From Leptospirales bacterium (GTDB taxonomy: Bacteria > Spirochaetota > Leptospiria > Turneriellales > JAOUFE01): DNA of 11,894 bases. The DNA is taken from assembly GCA_040326155.1 (NCBI GenBank), contig JBEQLE010000098.1, positions 1-11,894 of the forward strand, in the 5' to 3' direction. The stretch's first letter is position 1. Every line of letters starts with the position of its first letter. The translations under genes and the position numbers were made by a program. A model generated the notes under the pieces. The model was not told where the DNA came from. It worked only from the letters and a program-made list of their open reading frames with translations, and ran no database searches. Positions 1 through 7,835 of the stretch are shown here, in pieces.

Positions 1-291
1 TCTGACAATATTCTCATCGAATTTCTTCAGCCAGAAATCAACATTACTTTTCGGTGTATAAGCAAGTTTGCAGTTTTTATGTCGATGCCAGTAACAACCG
101 TGAACAAAAATAACCAGTTTATATTTTGTTAAAACGATATCGGGTTTTCCCGGTAGATCTTTTCGATGTATGCGGAAACGATAACCGAGAGAGTGCAGAT
201 ACGAACGAACGATTAATTCAGGCTTTGTGTTTTTTCCCTGAATTCTGGACATGTTCCAGGATCTTTTTTCTTTACTTAATAAATCGGTCAA
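1..291 (-). CDS. vsr: Very short patch repair endonuclease Vsr (3' end outside the window)
   Basis: Not in the ORF track. Manual minus-strand translation from TTG at 291: MTDLLSKEKRSWNMSRIQGKNTKPELIVRSYLHSLGYRFRIHRKDLPGKPDIVLTKYKLVIFVHGCYWHRHKNCKLAYTPKSNVDFWLKKFDENIVR. It has the Vsr hallmarks RSxNMSxI, TKPE, LPGKPD, FVHGCxWH-x-H and FWxxK. It starts 7 nt after the upstream stop and is open to position 1. Confidence 0.96.
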   Translation of the reverse strand, partial: MTDLLSKEKRSWNMSRIQGKNTKPELIVRSYLHSLGYRFRIHRKDLPGKPDIVLTKYKLVIFVHGCYWHRHKNCKLAYTPKSNVDFWLKKFDENIVR

Positions 292-298
292 AATAAAA

Positions 299-1297
299 TC
301 ACCAATCTTTGGGTATTTTATCAGGTTGATTAGCGATGATTAAATGATCAAAAGTGTTTAAATTGATTTTATAATTTATTTTTTCAATACCACCTGATAA
401 ATCTTCTTTAAAACTTGATCGAATTATTCGGGGAAATTGATCATTAATAATATAAAGATTCTCCTCATGAATACGCAATTTCATTCTGGCATATTCTTCT
501 TTATCAAAATCAGAGTAACCTGCCCTGACCAAACCATCTTCAAATATTTCGCTTTCCGAATCTGTTTTTTCTAACTTTGTCCTTATGTCGTCAATTAAAG
601 TTGGCAGACTATTACTGCTACCTTGTTCCTCTCGAAGCATAAGACCAAAAAAAAACAAATCTCCATTTTCTGGACTTTCCAGTTGTTCAATCCCATTAAC
701 ATGAAAGGTACGACTTTGCACATTTGTTGACCCTTTAACTTCAATCGATTTATTCGGAAATTCAAAATCATGTCTGCTACCCCATGGGCCACGCCATGAA
801 TGTACCGCTTTACTACCTGTTAATGGATAAAGCCAGAAATTTAAAAACCAGAGTTCACTAAATAAACCTATTTGTTTTTCCCTGGTAAGGATGTGTGCTG
901 GTAACTGTCCCCAGAAATTTCGCCATTTAGCTAAAACTTCTTTTATAACGGATACTGGTTCCAGTTGTCTCAGAATCAAAGCACTACAGATTTCTTCCCC
1001 AATGCTATTGAAAATATCATAACCCCTTGGCTCTAAACATTTCAAATCAATATATAATTCACTATCCCGGTCAAAAATAGTCAGTTCACGAGTTGTTACC
1101 TGCACCCCCCGACTCAGTACATCTTCATAACCTTTATCTGTTTGCGATAATGGAATCAAAAAATGTCGCTGGCCTTTGCTATCCAAGGCACACATAAGTA
1201 AATTATTTATTTCAGGAAAAACAATTCTGGCAGCAAGTTTTTCACCTGCTATATCCGTATTGATTGAATGCCAAAAACTTTCCAGATTGCTACTCAT
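299..1297 (-). CDS. PD-(D/E)XK motif putative nuclease (DUF4420-like, MzaD-like)
   Basis: Motifs QIGLFSELWFL and WRGPWGSRHDF...IEVKGS (D...ExK core), QLE, and C-terminal FPRI/INYKINL; canonical position directly after a Z1 gene. Start moved from 1309 to ATG 1297, which overlaps the Z1 stop as ATGA (1297-1294); 332 aa. Confidence 0.85.
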   Translation of the reverse strand: MSSNLESFWHSINTDIAGEKLAARIVFPEINNLLMCALDSKGQRHFLIPLSQTDKGYEDVLSRGVQVTTRELTIFDRDSELYIDLKCLEPRGYDIFNSIGEEICSALILRQLEPVSVIKEVLAKWRNFWGQLPAHILTREKQIGLFSELWFLNFWLYPLTGSKAVHSWRGPWGSRHDFEFPNKSIEVKGSTNVQSRTFHVNGIEQLESPENGDLFFFGLMLREEQGSSNSLPTLIDDIRTKLEKTDSESEIFEDGLVRAGYSDFDKEEYARMKLRIHEENLYIINDQFPRIIRSSFKEDLSGGIEKINYKINLNTFDHLIIANQPDKIPKDW

Positions 1298-3924
1298 AAA
1301 GGTCGCCAACCAGCAGTTCCAACTATATATTCGCCACGAATACTCTTTGCTTTATCGGATTTTGGAAAGGAAATCGCTAAACTTATTATATCTGCACATT
1401 GAGGATTGTCGGGATTTTTATACATCTTCTCACGAGAGGCTGCTGGCTCTTTTTCATGCCCGGAAAATTTACTAATAGGATAAATCAGTAGTAGACCATT
1501 CGTAGGCGCACGAAATATACGAGAAACAGGGTTTATACCTATCCGTTTGTCACTTCGGCCTTGAAACTCTTTCGCCTTATCTATTTGCTCTTGTTTTAAA
1601 CCGATAAGTTCATCCCCTGGATTGGTTATCACACCAAGCGAATCTGGATTGCTTCTTTGTCTGTTACGACTTATCATTGGAACCATTTTACCTAGCCCCA
1701 GGTCTATTTCACCCAAAACTGAATCTGGAGTATTCCTGCCCCGAGTACAGATTGTCCAATCGGTTAATTCATTAACTTTATTCTGACGCTCAATATATTC
1801 AATAATTAATTCTATTGGAAAACTTTGAACTTTTGAATCAATTTGATATTTTATCAAAAAGGATAACACTTGTTCAGTAGAGATATTTTCCCACATCGGA
1901 CCTTTTTTAGACCAAACCGGCTTAGGGATTTCAGAAAAGAAAGATTTAGTAATATCTATATTATTACGCAACAGACTGAACAAATTATCGCCATTTTCAA
2001 AAGGAAATTTAAATGTCTGATAAACCTGGCTGGAACAATTTTGTTCTAAAATAAAAGATTTAGCATTGCGTTGTTTTAACCGATTAGTCACCAGCATTGC
2101 AGGATGTCTGGCAATACGTAAACCAAGTTCAGCAGGTGTAACATTCTCAAATTCATAACGTTGTATATCTTGTCTTAACTCATGTTCAACCTGAGCAAGA
2201 TCGTTGAACCACCCCGCAATATCAGTTGGCATGTATATTCGGGTTAAATCTTCATACTCTGCTCGGAAGCCAAACCACCTGCCCATTTGCATTAAAGTGT
2301 CATACATTGCCGTAGTTCTGAAAAAATAACTGGTTAACAATCCCTCTATAGTCAAACCCCTGGATAGTCGGTTGCCACCGATTATAATTGCTTTTAGATT
2401 TGGTTCTTTTTCAAAATCTAATATATCACCTGTATCACTATTTATGAGTCTTATTTGTACAGATTCCAGAAATGGGCCAATATGCTTTTCTATCTCGCCA
2501 AAGGTTACATCTTTTGCCATGTGGATTGAGCGCGTGACTTTTCGGAAATCCTGACTCCAACGTTTTTCAAGTAAATCTTTCAGTTTGATATCTCGCTGAT
2601 AGCGCCATTCATCTCTCAACTCATAAAAATGTTGCTTTACGAGGTTATCGAGATCAGCTTGTTTGATTTTTAAATGACTACCATGAATAAGCATCGTTGA
2701 AGGTTTATTATTTTGTTCTCGCTGTGAACGACATGCCCCCGCTAAAATAAAATCTTGAATTGCATTTTCAAGCGAGACAGGTAAGATATTACTTTCCGAA
2801 AGAATTTCCGGCTCATGGTCAGAAATAATACGTATTACATCTAAACCACCAATCTCATTGTCACCGTCAAACCTGCCAAACAACTCTTCTGCCCCAAAGT
2901 AACCGTTAGGCTTTGGCAAATCAACAATAAAGTCTTTCGGATATAGATCATTTTCTGCAACTGGATCAAATGTATCATGTGGAATAAGAACATTTGCGAA
3001 AGGTGTTGCGGTATAAGCTATGTAAACTTTCCGCTTGAACTTATTCAATAATTCTCGTATCTGCCGATTAATTGTAGTTGGTTGAGTATACTCATCTTCA
3101 ATAGAAGAACCTTCCTGTTGATAAGTTCCCCGTGTATCAATACTGGCCTGGTCTGACTCGTCATCAATAACTAGAGTTGGTATATTTTGTTTTACGTCAT
3201 CTGGTGTAACACCCAACCATGCATGAAGTCGTTCTAAGACTTTATAATTTTTTTTAATAACAATTAATATTGGTTGTGGGCCCTGTAAGGCTGCGTTGTT
3301 TGCATTACCTACATTGAAATCGCCATCTTTATCTTCAGATGTAAATTGATACCACTGTTTTCCTGTCGGTGGCAGCCGAACAGCCGTTGACCGACCATCA
3401 GAATAACCGACTAATTCACTATTGAGCCTTAGCTGTGTTTGACGACGTAAACCTTTATCTATTCCAGAAAGTACGATAATTAATCTGTAACCAACATCAA
3501 CAGCTTTTGCAATCAAGGCAGTAAAATTCGTTGTTTTTCCACTTTGCACATATCCTACAACTAAACCCCGTATGTCAAATTCATCACTACTTGGATGTTC
3601 TAATTGCATCAATATACGATCTGTTGTACTATCAAGAGAAGTGACTGCAATGTTTGACCAGCCTTTTTGGCCAAGTAAATAGTTTCTATGCTTTGACCAA
3701 TAATACATTTCTGAACGGTCAATTTTGTTTAACCAATCTGTGGGTTTTTTCCGTTTAGTGAGGAAACTTGCAGGTTCCAGTATAATATCTTCTTCTGCCA
3801 CAAGTGTAGCATTAATTCTTTCACGAAACTCTATCGGTATGGCAGGATTTTTTAATACTTCGGTACGCTCTATCCCATTACTTAATAAAACTCTTGTTAT
3901 TGCCAAAGACTGTTCAAATGTCAT
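1294..3924 (-). CDS. Z1-domain protein, SF2 helicase/ATPase-like subunit of a MORC-associated restriction system (MzaC-like)
   Basis: Walker A GLVVGYVQSGKT, LRRQTQLRL, Walker B LVIDDESD, YIAYTATPFAN, LYPKDFI, GGNRLSRGLTIEGL and DTLMQMGRWFGFR, all typical of Z1-domain proteins; 876 aa. Confidence 0.92.
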   Translation of the reverse strand: MTFEQSLAITRVLLSNGIERTEVLKNPAIPIEFRERINATLVAEEDIILEPASFLTKRKKPTDWLNKIDRSEMYYWSKHRNYLLGQKGWSNIAVTSLDSTTDRILMQLEHPSSDEFDIRGLVVGYVQSGKTTNFTALIAKAVDVGYRLIIVLSGIDKGLRRQTQLRLNSELVGYSDGRSTAVRLPPTGKQWYQFTSEDKDGDFNVGNANNAALQGPQPILIVIKKNYKVLERLHAWLGVTPDDVKQNIPTLVIDDESDQASIDTRGTYQQEGSSIEDEYTQPTTINRQIRELLNKFKRKVYIAYTATPFANVLIPHDTFDPVAENDLYPKDFIVDLPKPNGYFGAEELFGRFDGDNEIGGLDVIRIISDHEPEILSESNILPVSLENAIQDFILAGACRSQREQNNKPSTMLIHGSHLKIKQADLDNLVKQHFYELRDEWRYQRDIKLKDLLEKRWSQDFRKVTRSIHMAKDVTFGEIEKHIGPFLESVQIRLINSDTGDILDFEKEPNLKAIIIGGNRLSRGLTIEGLLTSYFFRTTAMYDTLMQMGRWFGFRAEYEDLTRIYMPTDIAGWFNDLAQVEHELRQDIQRYEFENVTPAELGLRIARHPAMLVTNRLKQRNAKSFILEQNCSSQVYQTFKFPFENGDNLFSLLRNNIDITKSFFSEIPKPVWSKKGPMWENISTEQVLSFLIKYQIDSKVQSFPIELIIEYIERQNKVNELTDWTICTRGRNTPDSVLGEIDLGLGKMVPMISRNRQRSNPDSLGVITNPGDELIGLKQEQIDKAKEFQGRSDKRIGINPVSRIFRAPTNGLLLIYPISKFSGHEKEPAASREKMYKNPDNPQCADIISLAISFPKSDKAKSIRGEYIVGTAGWRPL

Positions 3925-3933
3925 GAATTAATC

Positions 3934-5283
3934 TCATTGTTTAATTATCTTTCTAAATTTTGCAAATAAATTAAGCATAACTGCTTTCTCTGTATCGTCT
4001 GCTATTGCTTCAAGCTCTACTTCTAGTTCATCAAGACTCCAGAGCCTTTGGTCTGTGGTAAAACCTGTAGCACCTGTTGACGAACCAGTTTCAACCACCG
4101 GCATTGTTAAATTCATTTGCGAGGAATGTAAATGCGCAGAATTCCTTTGATAGGATACTGCCGGAGTTTGTGAACTTCCAGCCGGTGTAGGAACCTTTTT
4201 ATCATATACTTTTCGAGCATTTGTACACAACGGTTTTACAATAGAATCGATTTTATCTCGTATTTGCGTTGGCAGTTGAACCTGCTTTTTGGCAACATTT
4301 ATTTTAAAAGCATCATCCAGGTGGGGGGAGAAACTCAAAGCAAGTCTGGCTAATTTTGTATGTTCATCGACTGCCCTGAGATGTGACCAACCACCACTTT
4401 GAATTAACCGGTTAGCTCTATAGATATAAAAACCCTGTTGTTGATTCCACTTTTTTGGTCCACTGGCAGCTGAAAACTTCTTTGAAGTACTAAAAGCATC
4501 TTTACTTGGTAAAATATATGGCTCGATATTTATTATTCCCGATTTACCTTCATGCTCCAAAGGAATCTTTTTTGATTCCAATGCTTGTGTTTTCTCTTCT
4601 GACCTGACAAACGGATCCCAGGCTTGAACCGTATTTCCATTTAGAACAATTTCCAACTTTTTATCTGGTACCGCACCTTCAAGAAAACGGTGAAATACCA
4701 TTGCCAGGTGATCTTCCAGTTCGCGTGTCATCTCTGATAACCGTTTGCGAGCTTGTTCCCCATACGGTTTTTTAAACCCAAGAATTCTATCCAAACGTTG
4801 CCAAAGTACTACTGTTCCTCGTTTTTTATTCAAAGCTTCTTTTAATATAAGCTTCATCTCTTTTTCATCAGGTTTAATAATTTCCCATTTATTAGTTTTC
4901 TTAATATGCTCCAAGTCCCAACAATATGAAGAGATTGGACCTTCCTCCTGTTGACTGGAAACAGTTAATTTTTGACATTGGCTCATTGAAGCTGTTTTTA
5001 AACCTAGTCCGAACTTACCCAGGTCTTTTTCACCATCATAATCTCGATTAGAACCATAACGCATAGCTTCTACAAGTTGGGACTTTGACATACCTAAACC
5101 ATCATCTTCAATAGTCACCCAGGAATTATCACCATTAAATTTAGTATGAATAACTACCTGATTGGCCCCCGCTTCAATTGAATTATCAATAAGGTCTGCC
5201 ACTGCTGATACAAAATCGTAACCCAGATCCCGCAAAGAATATATTAATCTATGTGCTGATGGTATAACTTCTTGTTTTGACAT
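3934..5283 (-). CDS. MORC/MutL-like GHKL ATPase (HATPase_c_3 plus S5-like domain, MzaB-like)
   Basis: SLRDLGY...AVADLIDNSIEA (GHKL motif I), DDGLGM, LGKFGLGLKTAS and GTVV, then HLAMVFHRFL, WDPF and QQGFYIYRANRLI, as in prokaryotic MORC-family proteins. Confidence 0.92.
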   Translation of the reverse strand: MSKQEVIPSAHRLIYSLRDLGYDFVSAVADLIDNSIEAGANQVVIHTKFNGDNSWVTIEDDGLGMSKSQLVEAMRYGSNRDYDGEKDLGKFGLGLKTASMSQCQKLTVSSQQEEGPISSYCWDLEHIKKTNKWEIIKPDEKEMKLILKEALNKKRGTVVLWQRLDRILGFKKPYGEQARKRLSEMTRELEDHLAMVFHRFLEGAVPDKKLEIVLNGNTVQAWDPFVRSEEKTQALESKKIPLEHEGKSGIINIEPYILPSKDAFSTSKKFSAASGPKKWNQQQGFYIYRANRLIQSGGWSHLRAVDEHTKLARLALSFSPHLDDAFKINVAKKQVQLPTQIRDKIDSIVKPLCTNARKVYDKKVPTPAGSSQTPAVSYQRNSAHLHSSQMNLTMPVVETGSSTGATGFTTDQRLWSLDELEVELEAIADDTEKAVMLNLFAKFRKIIKQ

Positions 5284-5285
5284 AC

Positions 5286-6545
5286 TTACCCCAAAACCTT
5301 CTTAACACCCTTCGCAATCTGCTCTGCCATCAGCGGTGGCACTGCGTTTCCAATCTGGCGAAACGCAGCGGATTGCCCCCCTTCGAAAAAGTAATCATCA
5401 GGAAACGATTGTATTCTCGCCGCTTCTCGTATCGAAATTGATCGAATTTGTTTCAAGTCTGGATAAATATAATAATGACCATCTTTTGCAATATGGGCGA
5501 CCATGGTGTGTGAATGTCCAAACGGATCGACAACCTTGAACCGATCAAGAAATGACTTACGGTTTTTGTGGGTTTTCTTTTCTTCCGATAGATCATTGTA
5601 ATTCAAACGCTCTCTCTTTAATAACCATTTTTCAATAGCTTCTTCATAAATTTGTAAGTCCCTTTCATGATGCGGTCGTGTTGTATGCTGGGTAATAAAA
5701 TTGGACCCATTCCTTATATTGAACTTTTTTAAATAGTCGTTTGTATCTGTATAATAATTTTTGACCGGAGTAGAATCACCCGGTTCCAATGGTAACAGGT
5801 CTGATAAAATATCTTGTACTTGCCACTGATTTGCAATTTCAGGGACATCTGGAAAACCATATTTCTTGTCTTTTTCCCAACCTACGATAACTACCCGCTT
5901 TCTGGTTTGCAGGACACCATACTTTTCAGACTGCAATATACGTTTTTCTAAGTGATAACCGGCTAGAGCAAATGCCTCTTTCATACTATCATAATAATAG
6001 CCATTTTTAGCTGAAAGTATTCCTTGAACATTCTCAAAAACAAACATTTTCGGTTCATACCTTTTCAGGAATTCAGCGTAATACTTAAAGAGGTAGTTTC
6101 TAGGGTCATTTCTCATACGATTTGGATCGCGTGATCTTCCGATATTCGAATATGCCTGGCAGGGAGGACCACCGATAATTACATCCACTTTTCGATTTTC
6201 CAGGAGAGAATCAATCTTTTTGAAAATATCATTTATGCTTTGGTCACCAATAGCACAATTGATTACGCTGTTCGCAATATCAGCAGGAATATGTCCATAT
6301 AGCTTATTACGTTGTCTTTCATTTTCCTTCTTATCTGTGTGTTGGTTCTTCAAATATTGATTATAAATACCGGTTTTTCGTTCACTTTTCAAATAATGAT
6401 AAGCAAGACGTGTTTTCAGGGTAAAACAGGCGTGTTCGTCCATCTCTACATGAGCAATGGGTTGAAAACCCTGGCGAATAAAGCCTTCGGACAGCCCGCC
6501 GGCCCCGGCAAACAGGTCAATATAGGTGAGTGTACTATGTTTCAT
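5286..6545 (-). CDS. dcm: DNA (cytosine-5) methyltransferase
   Basis: Ordered C5-MTase motifs: I DLFAGAGG, II VEMD, IV GGPPCQ, VI ENVQG, VIII QTRKR, IX SIREAARIQSFPD, X QIGNAVPP. Start placed at ATG 6545 (MKHSTLTYIDLF, 419 aa) because motif I normally lies near the N-terminus. Target specificity cannot be read from the sequence; the symbol is used generically. Confidence 0.96.
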   Translation of the reverse strand: MKHSTLTYIDLFAGAGGLSEGFIRQGFQPIAHVEMDEHACFTLKTRLAYHYLKSERKTGIYNQYLKNQHTDKKENERQRNKLYGHIPADIANSVINCAIGDQSINDIFKKIDSLLENRKVDVIIGGPPCQAYSNIGRSRDPNRMRNDPRNYLFKYYAEFLKRYEPKMFVFENVQGILSAKNGYYYDSMKEAFALAGYHLEKRILQSEKYGVLQTRKRVVIVGWEKDKKYGFPDVPEIANQWQVQDILSDLLPLEPGDSTPVKNYYTDTNDYLKKFNIRNGSNFITQHTTRPHHERDLQIYEEAIEKWLLKRERLNYNDLSEEKKTHKNRKSFLDRFKVVDPFGHSHTMVAHIAKDGHYYIYPDLKQIRSISIREAARIQSFPDDYFFEGGQSAAFRQIGNAVPPLMAEQIAKGVKKVLG

Positions 6546-6555
6546 TTTATTGATA

Positions 6556-6584
6556 AATATAATTTTATGATGTCGGCATGTAAA
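6556..6584 (-). promoter_or_regulatory. Candidate sigma70 promoter for the methyltransferase operon
   Basis: Minus strand reads TTTACA (6584-6579), 17 nt, TATATT (6561-6556), 10 nt, ATG (6545). The AT-rich context makes a chance match possible. Confidence 0.45.
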
Positions 6585-6742
6585 GAAGATTATGAAAGCC
6601 GCAGGCGTACCGACGGCCTCCATTTTGTTTTTTCAATATGAAATAATGTAGAAAAAACCGGATATACATTACGAACCTTGGAATTGGCTCAACTCGGAAG
6701 GCAGTTATAAGTAAATTGGGCCGGGCATTGGAGGTAATAATA

Positions 6743-7645
6743 TTATGGAATTTGATTTGCCCATTGAATTGCATAGCTGCCAAACTTATCTGCCATTTTA
6801 CGAATAGGTTCTGCGTACATCTGCGTAAGATAACGCCGTATTTCATCAGGCATCTGCATTGTTTTCGAAAAGTTCACCTTCTCTTTTGTTTTTCCCAAGT
6901 ATTCCACAGGATAATCGCCGATCCCCAGAAATTGCGTTACTCGGTTAATCAAGCGAACAGGGTCATCTCGAACTTCATCATAAAACCCAATGAATATATT
7001 ACTTTCCGGAAAATGTCGACTCCAGTTCCGGTAAGTTCTCAGGTAGTCCCCCCGCAGAACTTGCCCGGGAGATTTGAAAAAGTCGATCATCGACTTTATA
7101 CTGATATCGGATGCAAACTGTCCTCGTTTTTTTAATGTATTATATTGGCAAACAGACCAGGCTCTGTCAATCGGGTTACGTAACAGAAAAATGATTTTCA
7201 TTTGCGGATTCATAAACGCTACTTTGGCAACATCTTCTGAGTCAATTATAGAATAAGAAGGGGTGATTTCCCCGCATATTTGCCCGCCTGAACCACTGAA
7301 CAGGTTTTTATACCAAACATCATCGAAAGTTCCAAAAGTAAAATGACACAACCAGAACAAATTCTCCCAGTTCTTTTTCTGATAATTGTTTCGAAATTGT
7401 TTTCGTAACAATTGAAGCATTGCAGATGAAAAACCATTATCTTGAAAAAAACGCTCGTCATACCCGATAGCTGAACAACGAGATGGAGTTTTATATTTTT
7501 TGGACCGATCGAAATAATGAATCTCTTTTATTAACGGCATCCAAATATCAGGGTGGAGTTTTAACAATTCGTACAACCATGTTGACGCCGCTTTTTGCGC
7601 CCCAATACCGAGAAAATTCGGTACCTTTCTATCATCTTTTTTCAT
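6743..7645 (-). CDS. PAPS-dependent sulfotransferase (heparan/glycan O-sulfotransferase-like)
   Basis: 5'-PSB loop PNFLGIGAQKAASTWL, KEIHYFD, GEITPSY and 3'-PB motif LLRNPIDRAWS. Start moved to ATG 7645, which has an SD-like AGAAGGTG 5 nt upstream; 300 aa. Confidence 0.92.
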   Translation of the reverse strand: MKKDDRKVPNFLGIGAQKAASTWLYELLKLHPDIWMPLIKEIHYFDRSKKYKTPSRCSAIGYDERFFQDNGFSSAMLQLLRKQFRNNYQKKNWENLFWLCHFTFGTFDDVWYKNLFSGSGGQICGEITPSYSIIDSEDVAKVAFMNPQMKIIFLLRNPIDRAWSVCQYNTLKKRGQFASDISIKSMIDFFKSPGQVLRGDYLRTYRNWSRHFPESNIFIGFYDEVRDDPVRLINRVTQFLGIGDYPVEYLGKTKEKVNFSKTMQMPDEIRRYLTQMYAEPIRKMADKFGSYAIQWANQIP

Positions 7646-7772
7646 GTTGACACCTTCTGACTTTTTCAAGCGGCGGTCTACTCTGTATAGCAATATTACA
7701 AAAAACAAATTCTAAATATATTTTTCTTTTTAATTATCGAAACCATAATTGATGACAACGAAAAAAGAAAAC

Positions 7773-7800
7773 TTTACACCCTGAGTTTTAATGGTATAGT
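7773..7800 (+). promoter_or_regulatory. Candidate sigma70 promoter for the 7836 sulfotransferase
   Basis: TTTACA (7773-7778), 16 nt, extended -10 TG-n-TATAGT (7792-7800). A second TATAAT lies at 7806-7811 and an SD-like AAGGTGG at 7817-7823. Confidence 0.45.
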
Positions 7801-7835
7801 TCTTATATAATGAACGAAGGTGGACAAAAAGACTT

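Noticed and set aside
595..5539. Small ORFs 595-792, 1176-1475, 2372-2554, 3725-3931, 4745-4954 and 5336-5539
   Set aside because: All lie within or antisense to well-supported genes and show no recognisable motifs; treated as shadow ORFs.
1..6545. Inferring the MTase target from site avoidance
   Set aside because: Common candidates (GGCC, CCGG, CCWGG, GCNGC, GATC) all occur in the operon; a genome-wide k-mer analysis or methylome is needed.
6546..6623. 26-aa N-terminal extension of the MTase from ATG 6623
   Set aside because: It does not resemble C5-MTase sequence, motif I fits ATG 6545, and the stretch contains a plausible promoter.
6598..6633. Rho-independent terminator (GCCG...CGGC followed by a T-rich run on the + strand)
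   Set aside because: The stem is short and interrupted, the T run is offset from it, and no + strand gene leads into it.
6312..7461. ORFs 6312-6641, 6565-6846, 6716-7135, 7074-7256 and 7246-7461 as a possible controller protein or toxin
   Set aside because: No helix-turn-helix or other motif is visible, and they largely overlap the MTase or sulfotransferase genes.
7646..7708. ORF-track start at 7708 for the first sulfotransferase
   Set aside because: ATG 7645 has an SD-like sequence and puts the PSB loop near the N-terminus.
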